A stretch of 64,000 nucleotides of DNA. It comes from an uncultured bacterium (GTDB taxonomy: Bacteria > Zixibacteria > MSB-5A5 > JAABVY01 > JAHJOQ01). The stretch is from the NCBI GenBank assembly GCA_965369655.1, contig CBDUQR010000006.1:1-64000 (forward strand), in the 5' to 3' direction. Each line of letters opens with the position of its first letter. The first letter of the stretch is position 1. Positions 50,753-60,721 of the stretch are shown here, piece by piece. Under the pieces are notes generated by a model that did no database searches, was not told the DNA's origin, and was given only the letters and a program-made list of their open reading frames with translations. The position numbers were made by a program, and so were the translations under genes.

Positions 50753-51250
50753 TCATGCCCTACGATCTACCACTATACTCTGTCGGGACTGATCGACCTC
50801 TCCACCGTTCTTGTAGGTCGGTACTTCGACGCCGCTCGAGGCCAGCATCCGCACAGTCCCGTCGATATGCTCCATTGATTTCTTGATCAGGAACTCGTTT
50901 CTGTCTCGCGCCTTGCTGACTCGTTCGTGAAGACTCAGAAGTGATTTCTGCATCTTCTCGAGTTTCTCTGACTGCGGAGCCGCAAATGTCGCCGCAATTT
51001 TCGACAGTGTCATGTCTGCCGGATCGTTATCGGTCCTTTCCGATATCGCCTCAACCACCCGTATGCGTGACGCTTCGAGATCTTTCAGAGCGAGAATCGC
51101 TTCCTCCTGCTTCTTCACCACCCTGTTCAGGTTTTCAACATCATTACCGACCAGATAGTCCTGCTGCTCGGTGAGAAGTTTGAGGAACAACTCGAATTGT
51201 TCCACCTCTCGCGCAACGACATCGGTCAGTTTCTTAAGCAGCGATTCCAC
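50753..51250 (-). CDS. flgN: Flagellar export chaperone FlgN
   Basis: Helical FlgN pattern 'LLTEQQDYLV..DVE.L...K...LE..R...N..LI', located upstream of flgK. Confidence 0.85.
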   Translation of the reverse strand: MESLLKKLTDVVAREVEQFELFLKLLTEQQDYLVGNDVENLNRVVKKQEEAILALKDLEASRIRVVEAISERTDNDPADMTLSKIAATFAAPQSEKLEKMQKSLLSLHERVSKARDRNEFLIKKSMEHIDGTVRMLASSGVEVPTYKNGGEVDQSRQSIVVDRRA

Positions 51251-51267
51251 ATTTTCTCCCGGTTGTT

Positions 51268-51295
51268 TCTTCGGATCAAATTGCTCACAACTTGA
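51268..51295 (-). promoter_or_regulatory. Possible sigma-28 promoter for flgN-flgK
   Basis: TCAAG-15 nt-TCCGAAGA on the minus strand; a weak match. Confidence 0.3.
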
Positions 51296-51298
51296 TCA

Positions 51299-52135
51299 CT
51301 ATTTTGATGGATCCTGTCCCAAGTCCATGTCACCTTTTAACAAATCGAGCACCTTCTCGACATAGCTCGTCGTCTCGGAGTACGGCGGCACCCCCCTATA
51401 CCTGTCGACAGCGCCAGGACCCGCGTTGTAGGCTGCAAGCGCAAGCCTGACATCTCCCGAGTACTTCCGCAGCAGACTGCTCAGGTACTTCGTTCCGCCC
51501 TCGATATTTTGGCGTGGATTAAAAACGTCTGTCACGCCCATATCATTCGCTGTCGTGTCGGTAAGCTGCATCAGACCTTTCGCGCCTCGATTCGAGACAG
51601 CGAACTTATCCCCCGCCGACTCGACCCGGATCACCGCCTTTATCAGATCGGAACTGACCCCGTACTGTCGTGCAACGCGCTCGACGAGCCTGTCCACTGT
51701 TGTTGTCGAAGATGGAGTCGGCAGTTTCAGACGCTCAGTATCTATCGGCCTGAATCTCATGTCACTTCCATTGAGTCGATTTGATCCCTGCGAATCAGTC
51801 TTCTCGACCTGACCTGGTGTGACATTGATAGTGGGGATTTCAAGGTTCTCGATTCGTTCCAGCCCACTCATCAAGGTCCTTGCAATGCCGAACGAACCGG
51901 TCTCGCCTATCTTGGTGGCGAGTGCATCGTCCGCTATCGACATAAATATGTCTTTGCCGAAACCGCTCTCCTTATCGTTGCCCGAAACGAACGACGCCTT
52001 CATCGTCCTGAGAAGTTGATAGACAAACAGCGACTCGAATTCACGAGCAGCTTTTTCGAGCTTGAGTCTCCTCGCTTCGGGAGACTGCCCGATTCCCTTC
52101 TGTAGCGGAGTATGATTGTTGACCTGCGTCAGCAT
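51299..52135 (-). CDS. flgJ: FlgJ rod-binding domain fused to an SLT lytic transglycosylase
   Basis: N-terminal 'LEKAAREFESLFVYQLLRTM'; C-terminal 'AVIRVES...GAKGLMQL...NIEGG..YL...ALAAYNAG...PPY.ET..YV'. Confidence 0.9.
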   Translation of the reverse strand: MLTQVNNHTPLQKGIGQSPEARRLKLEKAAREFESLFVYQLLRTMKASFVSGNDKESGFGKDIFMSIADDALATKIGETGSFGIARTLMSGLERIENLEIPTINVTPGQVEKTDSQGSNRLNGSDMRFRPIDTERLKLPTPSSTTTVDRLVERVARQYGVSSDLIKAVIRVESAGDKFAVSNRGAKGLMQLTDTTANDMGVTDVFNPRQNIEGGTKYLSSLLRKYSGDVRLALAAYNAGPGAVDRYRGVPPYSETTSYVEKVLDLLKGDMDLGQDPSK

Positions 52136-52150
52136 TGCCTCTCCCGGATT

Positions 52151-53266
52151 CTACAGTATGATGAGTTCCGCTCTCAGCGCGCCCGCCTGTTTCAAAGCCT
52201 GGAAAATCGCGATGATATCTCTCGGAGTGGCTCCTATCGCATTCAGCGCAGCGGCGACTTCCGAGATGTTTGTCCTCTCTTCGAGACAAACGATTCGAGC
52301 ATCCTCATCCTCGACATCGATGAAGCTTTCCTGGGTCTCGACTGTCCTGCCCTGCGAGAACGGCGCTGGCTGCGAAATGACCGGGACTGAGTGAACAGAT
52401 ATCGTGATAGTACCATGCGCCAGCGCGACCGGAGCAATCGAGACATTTTCGCCTGCGACGATAGTGCCTGTCTTCTCGTTTATCACTACGCGTGCAGAGA
52501 TATCAGGCTTGATAGTCAAATTCTCGATAGTAGACACAAACTCCACCCAGCCCGATCTCATCTGCAACGAATCGGGCACGAGAAGCTCTACAGTGCGTGC
52601 GTCGAGTGGATAGGCGCTTCCGGGAAAAACATCGTTGATCTTGTCCTTCAGCCGGTGTGCCGTAGTGAAGTCGGGATTGATCAGGCTGAGTTGCAGGATT
52701 TTGAAATCGAAATCCTCCATCGGAAAGCCTGCCTCGACATGGAAACCGTTCGGGATGCGACCGACTAACGTGTAGTTCTTGACGATCTTGTTGTTGTCGT
52801 CAACCTGAACATTGAAACCGCCGATTGAGACAGATCCTAAGGCATAACCGAAATTCTCTCCCGACAGCGATTTCATCGGTGTCATCAGCAGCGTACCGCC
52901 TTTGAGGGAAGTAGCATCGCCAAGGGAGGAGACAGTGCAGTCGATGCTACTCCCCTTCTTCGTGCCAGGAGGAAGGCCAGCCGTCACTGCGACAGCGGCC
53001 ACGTTTTTTACTTTCACCTTGTTGACCGGAACGGTCACTCCCATCCGTTCAAGCATGTTGACAAGCGACTGAACCGTAAAGGTCGATCCCTTGCCGTCGC
53101 CGGTCCCCTCCAATCCGACTATCAATCCATACCCGATCAACGAGACCTCATTCTGGCTGTTGATGCGGGCTATGTCTTTCACGCGTACGTCCGCCATAGC
53201 TTCCGACATGAGCCAGAGGACTGGTACAATGATTATTATCAGGGCTATTACAAGCTTCTTGCGCAT
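52151..53266 (-). CDS. flgI: Flagellar P-ring protein
   Basis: Motifs RVKDI, LIGYGLIVGLEGTGD, KNVAAV and IFQALKQAGAL.AEL. Confidence 0.97.
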   Translation of the reverse strand: MRKKLVIALIIIIVPVLWLMSEAMADVRVKDIARINSQNEVSLIGYGLIVGLEGTGDGKGSTFTVQSLVNMLERMGVTVPVNKVKVKNVAAVAVTAGLPPGTKKGSSIDCTVSSLGDATSLKGGTLLMTPMKSLSGENFGYALGSVSIGGFNVQVDDNNKIVKNYTLVGRIPNGFHVEAGFPMEDFDFKILQLSLINPDFTTAHRLKDKINDVFPGSAYPLDARTVELLVPDSLQMRSGWVEFVSTIENLTIKPDISARVVINEKTGTIVAGENVSIAPVALAHGTITISVHSVPVISQPAPFSQGRTVETQESFIDVEDEDARIVCLEERTNISEVAAALNAIGATPRDIIAIFQALKQAGALRAELIIL

Positions 53267-53275
53267 CGCATCACC

Positions 53276-53863
53276 TCAAAAAATCCAGTTCAGGAAGCGA
53301 ATCACGATGCCCGGTCTCGACCCAGTCGACGCCGGACCTTTGCCGCGATATGATATCTTTGCCTCGGCGATGTTGTACGATTCGACCGAGTTGTCCGAGT
53401 TGACATCCTGCAGTCTCACAACACCGCTCAGGGCCAGGGTCTCGGTATCGTTGTTTATCGTAATCGCCCGATTGCCTTCAATGACAAGATCGCCGTTTGC
53501 TTTCAGCGCAACTACCTGCACCGTCATTCGCGCAGTCAGATTCCCTCGGCGAGCATTGTTGCCGGAACCTTTGTACTCGTTCTTGTTCTCTCCCGCAGCG
53601 CCGAACAGTGGTATGAAATCGAGCGTACCGATTCCTGGACCGCCTTTGGTCTCGAATGATCCTTCTTTGGTGACATTGGTTTGTGAGTTATTCGTCGCCT
53701 GTGCATCCTCATAGATTCGCACCGTAAGAATATCCCCAACGGAATGCGCCTTGATGTCTGTAAACAGGCTTCCCGTTCCGCCGACCAGCGGCGATGCCGC
53801 GCTTACGCCAACTGAGAGGGATAACGCGACAACAACCGATATTTCAAGTATTGAAGCGCGCAT
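53276..53863 (-). CDS. flgH: Flagellar L-ring protein
   Basis: Motif 'SLFTDIKA..VGDILTV...NGDLVIEG...LSGVVR..DV..DN.V.S..IA.AKISY.G.G'. Confidence 0.95.
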   Translation of the reverse strand: MRASILEISVVVALSLSVGVSAASPLVGGTGSLFTDIKAHSVGDILTVRIYEDAQATNNSQTNVTKEGSFETKGGPGIGTLDFIPLFGAAGENKNEYKGSGNNARRGNLTARMTVQVVALKANGDLVIEGNRAITINNDTETLALSGVVRLQDVNSDNSVESYNIAEAKISYRGKGPASTGSRPGIVIRFLNWIF

Positions 53864-53873
53864 AACAGTTCTC

Positions 53874-54557
53874 CTATTGTCTCACGACAGCTACGCCGGG
53901 GCCATCCACCACGGCGACTATCTTTCGCTTCGTCTGAATGTTCACCACATTGATTTGATCTCCAAGGCAGCCATCTTCCTTCGCTACCCCGGTCGTCATA
54001 ATATCCATTGCTCCAACTCTGCATTTGATCGAGATTTTATCTCCCCGGTTGATGACCGGAATTGACTCAAGCATCCCATGTTCAAGCGCCTTGCCGGACA
54101 TAATCATCCTGCCTGCACGCATGCCGTCGAGCGACTCGGTGATGCTCCTCAGTTTGTCGTAGCATTTCGTCGCGTCGATTCTCTCAATCCGAAAATCTTC
54201 CTGACCAACTTGCTCATCCTTCCTGATCCTTCGAGTCGCGATAAACGCATCAGCCCAGAGTGTCACCCTGACCGGCGACGATATCGTCTTCACAACACTG
54301 CCATCGCGAATAATCTCGAATTTCAGTCCATAGACGCCACGCGGAGGTCGGCTCGTTGTGGAATAAACATGAATGTCATCTGTCGGGAGAACTGTCTCGA
54401 ACGACTTATTCTCTCGCATCGTAACAGTCGAGGCATTCGGATCGAGATCGAATCGTTCGACAAGGTATTGCCTCGCAGCTTCGACAATGCGGTCGTTGGC
54501 TCGCGTCTCCGCTGAAACCAGGCAAAGCAACAGCAATCCTATGCTAAGCAGTCGCAT
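53874..54557 (-). CDS. flgA: P-ring formation chaperone FlgA
   Basis: SAF-type C-terminus 'PVINRGD...G.AKEDG..GDQI.V.N..TKR'. Confidence 0.9.
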   Translation of the reverse strand: MRLLSIGLLLLCLVSAETRANDRIVEAARQYLVERFDLDPNASTVTMRENKSFETVLPTDDIHVYSTTSRPPRGVYGLKFEIIRDGSVVKTISSPVRVTLWADAFIATRRIRKDEQVGQEDFRIERIDATKCYDKLRSITESLDGMRAGRMIMSGKALEHGMLESIPVINRGDKISIKCRVGAMDIMTTGVAKEDGCLGDQINVVNIQTKRKIVAVVDGPGVAVVRQ

Positions 54558-54561
54558 GGCT

Positions 54562-55350
54562 CTATCTCTTCAGGTTGGTGGCCATTCCTGACATCTCATC
54601 AGATGTTTGAATCGCCTTGGAGTTCACTTCGTAAGCCCGCTGTGCGACGATCATATTGACCATCTCCTGGACAACATCGACATTCGACAATTCGAGATAC
54701 CCCTGTGATAGTCTGCCCAGACCATCCTCGCCCGGAGCTCCTGCAATCGGGTCTCCGGATGCGGCGCTCTGGGTATAGAGATTGTGACCCATCGCTTCGA
54801 GACCTGCCGGGTTGATAAACTTCACCAGTTCAAGCTGCCCTAATTCCTGCGGGTCAACCTGCCCGACGATTTTGGCATACACCCTGCCGTCGAACCCGAC
54901 TGAGATCATCTCGGCATCATCCGGAACCGTTATCTCCGGCGTAACAAAAAAACCATCCGATGTCGAGAACTGGCCGTCCTGAGACAGCTTGAACGAACCG
55001 TCGCGAGTGTACGCGACCGTACCATCAGGCAGCGTCACCTGGAAGAAACCGTTGCCTTCGATCGCAAGATCGAGCGGATTACCGGTCTCCGAGAGATCGC
55101 CGACTTCAAACTGTCGCACCGTAGAAACAGGCCTGGTGCCATATCCGACTTCCAGCGACGTCGGCACAACCGTACCGGTCATAGCCGATGTGCCCGCCTG
55201 CCTGATATGCTTGTACAGCATATCCTGGAACTCGAGCTTGCTTCGCTTGAATCCGGTAGTATTGACGTTCGCCAGATTGTTGGCAATCGTATCGACATTC
55301 ATCTGCTGCGCAGCCATACCGCTCGCAGCCGTTCTCATCGCTTTTATCAT
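54562..55350 (-). CDS. flgG: Distal rod protein FlgG
   Basis: Motifs 'AASGMAAQQ...IANNLANVNTTGFK...FQDMLY' and 'LE.SNV.VV.EMVNMI.AQRAYE.NSK'. Confidence 0.97.
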   Translation of the reverse strand: MIKAMRTAASGMAAQQMNVDTIANNLANVNTTGFKRSKLEFQDMLYKHIRQAGTSAMTGTVVPTSLEVGYGTRPVSTVRQFEVGDLSETGNPLDLAIEGNGFFQVTLPDGTVAYTRDGSFKLSQDGQFSTSDGFFVTPEITVPDDAEMISVGFDGRVYAKIVGQVDPQELGQLELVKFINPAGLEAMGHNLYTQSAASGDPIAGAPGEDGLGRLSQGYLELSNVDVVQEMVNMIVAQRAYEVNSKAIQTSDEMSGMATNLKR

Positions 55351-55364
55351 TTGATCACTCTCCG

Positions 55365-56099
55365 TTATCTCTTTGAGCCAACGTCGTTGACCGTTCGCCC
55401 GAGGCTTTCGTCGATTATCTTAATTGCCTTCTGGTTTGCTTCATAAGCGCGGAAAGACGTGATCATATTCACCATTTCGCTGATAACATCAACATTCGCG
55501 CGCTCGACATATCTCTGTCTCACGAACAGGTGTTCGGTCTCAGCCGTAACAGCGTCATTTGGAGCCTTGAACAAAGAACCGCTCACTCGCTCCAGATTGT
55601 ATGGTCTCTCGAAATCGACCAGTTCAAGCATTCCGACCTGCTGACCATCGACATTCACGACTCCATCCATGCCGATTTCGATCTTGCTGCCTGCTTCAAG
55701 GCTGATCGGCCCCGCATCGGTCATAAGGGTGTATCCATCAGGCGTGACGAGATACCCATCGGTAGAAAGTGTGAAATTGCCCGCCCTTGTGTAGAACTGC
55801 TCGCCGTCTGGCGATTCGACAATCATAAACCCGCTGCCGTCGAGCGCGATGTTCAGATCATTGCCGGTGTGTTCGAGCACGGCCTGTGAGTAATCGGTAT
55901 AAATATCGCTCAGCATAGGGGTCTCCCATTCCTCCTGACTTGGCGCAATACGGTTCTCCGCTCGCGTAAGTTCTTCAGTAAACATGCTCTGGCGCTTGTA
56001 GCCCGTAGTATTGACATTGGCGAGATTGTTGGAGATGATTTCCTGCTGTTTGATGCGTGGAAGCATCCCCGACGCCGCACGGTACATTCCCTTGATCAT
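55365..56099 (-). CDS. flgF: Proximal rod protein FlgF
   Basis: Motifs 'ISNNLANVNTTGYK', YTRAGNF and 'EMVNMI..FRAYEANQK'; upstream of flgG. Confidence 0.9.
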   Translation of the reverse strand: MIKGMYRAASGMLPRIKQQEIISNNLANVNTTGYKRQSMFTEELTRAENRIAPSQEEWETPMLSDIYTDYSQAVLEHTGNDLNIALDGSGFMIVESPDGEQFYTRAGNFTLSTDGYLVTPDGYTLMTDAGPISLEAGSKIEIGMDGVVNVDGQQVGMLELVDFERPYNLERVSGSLFKAPNDAVTAETEHLFVRQRYVERANVDVISEMVNMITSFRAYEANQKAIKIIDESLGRTVNDVGSKR

Positions 56100-56121
56100 A
56101 CAAACCTCCGCACATCAATGA

Positions 56122-56136
56122 GCGAAAGGTATGCCA
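56122..56136 (-). promoter_or_regulatory. Candidate sigma-54 (-24/-12) promoter of the flgF operon
   Basis: TGGCATACCTTTCGC has GG-N10-GC spacing and lies just upstream of the GGAGG RBS. Confidence 0.5.
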
Positions 56137-56316
56137 CGAGCATCGACGCCCACCACCGCGCGAGACAAACTCGTCGTAAGCTTATGTGTGGTTGTGCAAT
56201 ACGTCAGGGAACAACGCGCAGGAAAGACCGGCTCAGCCGTTTCTCTCGACATACAAGAGAGACATCAACAGAAATTCTTTCCAGAGCCGGGGATCAAATT
56301 TCCATTATGTGAGGGA

Positions 56317-58137
56317 TCATTGGAGAAGCCATGGCGCTATGCGGCGTATCTCGAATGTCATCGCCCGCTGACCAGTCGTATTCTCGGTCTGTATATAGTA
56401 TCGCATTAGCGCCAACCTCGCCTCGAGATGATTCGGACTCATCGACCGGGCATGCTCATAGAACTCCAGAGCCTTGTTCTGATCACCCAGTTTATTGTAA
56501 CATACTCCGCGAAAATGTTCGATCAAAGCGAGATCGCCGTCGCAAAGCTCAGAAGCCCTGGCAAAATGTTCGAGGGCAAGTTCCAGTTTCCCGCTGCTGA
56601 GCATGTTCAGCCCGTCATACCATTCATCTGCCAGTTCAGTTGTAGGTAGTTTAATGTTCGGTTCAGAAAAATCGCCGTATTTCTTCCAGACAACCTTGAG
56701 CTTATTTCCGGAAATGAAACCGATCGTAGAATAGTTGCGTCTGAATTGAGAATTGAGAACCAACGCTCTCTCGGCAGGCGCAGATGGTTTGTGACCGGTC
56801 GAGAAAAGCACATAGTCGGGCTTCAATTCGAGCAGATATGCAGTGTTGAAATTCCGTTCCTTCCACGTCGTCTGCATTCCCTCGATATGCTCCGGGTGCT
56901 TGGCTATCTCACGGTCGGTCAAGCCGAGCATGTCTATCACCTTGTGGTCTTTTAATACATGAGACACCTTGCCGATCGTGGTCGTCGCAACCGAGAAATC
57001 GCTCTTGTCGATCTTCTTCAGGTTCTCAGCGACAGTTGTCATCTTGATAGAGAAATTCCTCTCGAGGTATCGCGTCTGATCGATATAGGAGTATGGTATT
57101 TTCAGGCTCCATGCGACATAGACCAGACAGACCAGCATCAGAGCCGCCGGCACAACTCGACGTTTGCCATAGTCCCGAAGCAATTGCGAGATCATAAATG
57201 CGGCGATAAGGAACATCGTGGTCAGAACGGGCAGGAAGAACCGATGCACCTTGAGCACGTCACCGCCGACCAAAATGATGTACAGCGTGAAGATGATCGA
57301 TGTCAGCCAGAATAGCTTGACGCTGTGCGGCAACCTCCTGATGTGCAGAATCGGCATCAGGAAAAACAGGCCGAAAAGTCCATAGTGATATGCGAACTTC
57401 CCGAAATACTCGATTCCGCTTCCGATGTACTCAACAGACATCCCCGTCTTCGCGTAGAAAGGATTTGGAAGCAGATCACCGAAATAGACAAGCTTAAACG
57501 CGAGGTACGGGAGAAGAAGCCCCACATAGCTTGCGGCATAAACCGCAAGCGACTTCATCCCGGGTCTGGTTATGAGCAACCTGTAAATAAATATGATCCC
57601 GAACAGCAGCCCGCCTTCCGGCCTCGTTAGTGTCGTGACTATGAGCACGAACGGCGTCAGGGCAGGCTTTCGCAACTCGGTGTAGAGCGTCAGAGAGACA
57701 AGAAACACGAACATGCCGGTTTCGAGGCCACCGATCACCCAGTAGCAAAGAGCGCCATTCGCAGCGAGAAACAGTGGAGCGATCATCGAGACAAGCCACC
57801 GCTTTCTGTCAGAGAATTCTCTCCCCATCAGGTATGCCAGCACAACCACACCGGCGCCGAATACAACTCCAAGAACCTTTGAGACCGCGATAATCGGGAG
57901 ACCCACAAGCGTCGCAAGCGAGAGCAGCATAATCCAGAGGAAATTCGTGTAACCCTCTACCCGCTCGCCAATGTTGAATACCAGCCCGTGACCATCGACA
58001 AAGTTCTCGACATAGCGATACGATATGTAAGCGTCATCCTGTGTGAAATCGAGCGATATCGAATGAAACACGAATGCCGCGAGGATGAGAAAGAGCAGCA
58101 CACCCTCTTTGATGTTCAATCTTCGCGGATTAGTCAT
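56317..58137 (-). CDS. GT-C-type polytopic membrane glycosyltransferase (AftB-like) with C-terminal TPR
   Basis: Motifs 'QDDAYISYRY..N...G.GLVFN.GERVEGYTNFLW', GLET, TRPEG, PNPFYAK and IDMLGLTD; many TM helices. Confidence 0.85.
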   Translation of the reverse strand: MTNPRRLNIKEGVLLFLILAAFVFHSISLDFTQDDAYISYRYVENFVDGHGLVFNIGERVEGYTNFLWIMLLSLATLVGLPIIAVSKVLGVVFGAGVVVLAYLMGREFSDRKRWLVSMIAPLFLAANGALCYWVIGGLETGMFVFLVSLTLYTELRKPALTPFVLIVTTLTRPEGGLLFGIIFIYRLLITRPGMKSLAVYAASYVGLLLPYLAFKLVYFGDLLPNPFYAKTGMSVEYIGSGIEYFGKFAYHYGLFGLFFLMPILHIRRLPHSVKLFWLTSIIFTLYIILVGGDVLKVHRFFLPVLTTMFLIAAFMISQLLRDYGKRRVVPAALMLVCLVYVAWSLKIPYSYIDQTRYLERNFSIKMTTVAENLKKIDKSDFSVATTTIGKVSHVLKDHKVIDMLGLTDREIAKHPEHIEGMQTTWKERNFNTAYLLELKPDYVLFSTGHKPSAPAERALVLNSQFRRNYSTIGFISGNKLKVVWKKYGDFSEPNIKLPTTELADEWYDGLNMLSSGKLELALEHFARASELCDGDLALIEHFRGVCYNKLGDQNKALEFYEHARSMSPNHLEARLALMRYYIQTENTTGQRAMTFEIRRIAPWLLQ

Positions 58138-58193
58138 GTCTCGAAGATAAGAACTCGAACGAAGTTTTCAACTACAATTACGGACTGAATCCG

Positions 58194-59225
58194 TCAAACT
58201 CTGGCATTCTCGATACTTGTGACCGCGTCGATGTTGATTTCATTGAGATAATCGGCGGCGGCCTCAGGCGGAGTCGGATTGATGTAGAAACCGGTTCCCC
58301 ACTCGAAACCTGCAATCCGGGTCAGCTTCGGAAAGAGTTCAACATGCCAGTGATACTCTTTGTCGTGTCCTTCCGTAAGAGCGCCGGTGTGGATAATGTA
58401 GTTAAACGGCGGATCATTGAGCGCAATCCTGAACTTCAGCAGGATCTCTTTGAGAATCGAGGCGAATGCCGCGCATTCTTTATCCTTCGCCCTGTCGAAA
58501 TGAGTCGAGTGACGTTTCGGCAGTATCCATGTCTCGAACGGGAAACGAGCCGCGAACGGTTCGATGGCAACCATCTCTTCGTTCTGCGCGACAACTCTGA
58601 TGCCCTGCGACAACTCCTGATGAATGATGTCGCAGAAAACACACCGTTCCTTGTAGTCGTAATAGAGCTTGGAACCCTTGATCTCTTCGAGGACTCGCTT
58701 CGGTATCACAGGCGTAGCGATCAACTGGCTGTGAGCATGCTCGAGCGACGCTCCCGCAGCCTCACCCTGATTCTTGAAAATCATGACATATCGAAAGCGC
58801 ATGTCCTTTCTTAAATCTATCATACGTATACGATACGCATCGATGACCATCTCGATTTCCTGCACCGGAAGATCGGCAAGATCGAGATGATGATGCGGCG
58901 TTTCGATGATTACCTCGTGAGCGCCGACGCCGTTCATTTTATCGAACATCCCCTCGCCCTCTCGATTCAATTCTCCTTCGATCTTGAGGGCTGGGTACTT
59001 ATTCGATATCACCCGCAGGGTCCAGCCGGGCGAATTCGGCTTGGAATTATCGGGACGGACCGCAAATACTTCAGGTGGAGTAAGATCCTCCGAACCGGGG
59101 CAAAACGGACACAACTTCGGATCGCGCGTCTTTGGACGTGCCGGGAAATCGGATGGCCTCTTGCCGCGTTCGGTCGATACAATTACCCATCTTCCAAGCA
59201 CCGGATCTTTTCTCAGTTCTGGCAT
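58194..59225 (-). CDS. galT: Galactose-1-phosphate uridylyltransferase family protein
   Basis: Motifs MPELRKDP, CPFCPG, NKYPAL, GAHEVIIE and AGASLEHAHSQ (HxHxQ). Confidence 0.93.
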   Translation of the reverse strand: MPELRKDPVLGRWVIVSTERGKRPSDFPARPKTRDPKLCPFCPGSEDLTPPEVFAVRPDNSKPNSPGWTLRVISNKYPALKIEGELNREGEGMFDKMNGVGAHEVIIETPHHHLDLADLPVQEIEMVIDAYRIRMIDLRKDMRFRYVMIFKNQGEAAGASLEHAHSQLIATPVIPKRVLEEIKGSKLYYDYKERCVFCDIIHQELSQGIRVVAQNEEMVAIEPFAARFPFETWILPKRHSTHFDRAKDKECAAFASILKEILLKFRIALNDPPFNYIIHTGALTEGHDKEYHWHVELFPKLTRIAGFEWGTGFYINPTPPEAAADYLNEINIDAVTSIENARV

Positions 59226-59344
59226 CTCTTGCTCCCATTACCCTGTGATGTCGTCAGTCCCGATCCCATCGGTCGCTCTGCCGCCATGTGACTTTGTCCG
59301 TCACTCTGATTCTTATCGTCCCGATTGCGCATTGTCTAAACAGC

Positions 59345-60643
59345 CTATTCCTTCACATTCGTGACAATAGTCCCTCTCGGTCTCGAACTCTCCTCGAAGA
59401 TATGCTCGAAGACTTTCTCATCCAACTCGGTGAATTCTATTCCACGCCGCTCCATGACCACCCTCGCGGTCGCGATTGCTTTGTCCAGTCGATACTCGGC
59501 ATAGCCGCCCGTATTGCCCCAGCAGAAGGGCGGAACGTACTTGTCGACAGTAAGACCGGCGCCGATGATGTTTGTCGCGAAACCGATCGTGATACCCGTG
59601 TTGAGCATCGTCCCGATGCCGGTCTTCACATGGTCGCCGACAAACGACCCGACCTTGACCATCCCTGTATCGACCTGACCATACCCGGTATCGACCTTAA
59701 TCGTGCCGTAGTTGTTTTTCAGGTCCGAGTTCGTTGTCATGGCGCCAAGGTTGACCCACTCTCCGAGATACGCATGGCCGAGAAATCCGTCGTGGAACTT
59801 GTTCGAGTATCCAAGGATTATCGACTCCTCGACCTCGCCGCCGACCTTGCAGAGCGGTCCGATGGAACACCCTTCACGAATCTTACCGCCGACCAGTATC
59901 GTCTTCTCGCCGATATAACACGGCCCCTCGATCCTCGTGTGCGGCTCGACTATTACTCCGGAGTCCAGATAGACAGGACCGCCACGGGCGTCGATGACAA
60001 CCTGACCATCGATCCGCACACCCCCTGCAATCCTGACTCGTTCGGGGGCATGGATCATGCAGCGATCATCTACTACAGCATCGGGAGAGACAAGTCCGCC
60101 GGTGATCTCAGAGGTCAGTCGTTCATAATCCTTCGTTATCTGCTCCGGATTCAACTCGATGAAATCCCAAATGTGCCGAACCTTTCGTGCGCTGATTTCA
60201 TCCTTCGGCAGATTCTTGATTATCTCTTTGAAATGGCCGTAGCCCCAGTATTTCAACTTTTCCAGATTCGCCGCTTCGTTCGTGCGAGGCTCAACCATCG
60301 CGGCAACGAGAGCGCCATCATCCAGAAGAAGACCCGAATGATCCATAGATGAGAGCTTGTCGATGAGTTCTCTGTCGGCGAGATACCGGCCATTTACGAA
60401 TATCGCTCCGCCATCAGACACTCCCGAAAAAGAATTGCATACGACGCCTGTCCTCTGCGCAGTAAGTTCTGCAAGATGCCCGCGAATGAGTAATCGAAGT
60501 TCACGCTGTGATGCCAGACCGCTCCATTTCTCATACAGGAGATCGATGCCGAGCCTGAGCTGGTAAACCGCGCGATTGGCTGTGAGCGGATAGAACCTCT
60601 CGTAGTCGTCATCCTCGAATATGTAGAAATACCTGATATTCAC
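59345..60643 (-). CDS. GlmU-like putative sugar nucleotidyltransferase/acyltransferase
   Basis: N-terminal 'FYPLT..R.V..LRLGI..L.EKW'; LbH region 'GGEVEESII.GYSNK.HDGFLGHAYLGEWVNLGA.T.NSDLKNNY'. Confidence 0.88.
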   Translation of the reverse strand: MNIRYFYIFEDDDYERFYPLTANRAVYQLRLGIDLLYEKWSGLASQRELRLLIRGHLAELTAQRTGVVCNSFSGVSDGGAIFVNGRYLADRELIDKLSSMDHSGLLLDDGALVAAMVEPRTNEAANLEKLKYWGYGHFKEIIKNLPKDEISARKVRHIWDFIELNPEQITKDYERLTSEITGGLVSPDAVVDDRCMIHAPERVRIAGGVRIDGQVVIDARGGPVYLDSGVIVEPHTRIEGPCYIGEKTILVGGKIREGCSIGPLCKVGGEVEESIILGYSNKFHDGFLGHAYLGEWVNLGAMTTNSDLKNNYGTIKVDTGYGQVDTGMVKVGSFVGDHVKTGIGTMLNTGITIGFATNIIGAGLTVDKYVPPFCWGNTGGYAEYRLDKAIATARVVMERRGIEFTELDEKVFEHIFEESSRPRGTIVTNVKE

Positions 60644-60721
60644 TCGGCATTCTCCAGATCAGATCATCGCATGAAACCGCATAGGCGCAAACCTGCCGCT
60701 ATCTGTTCAACTCGGCCTGAT

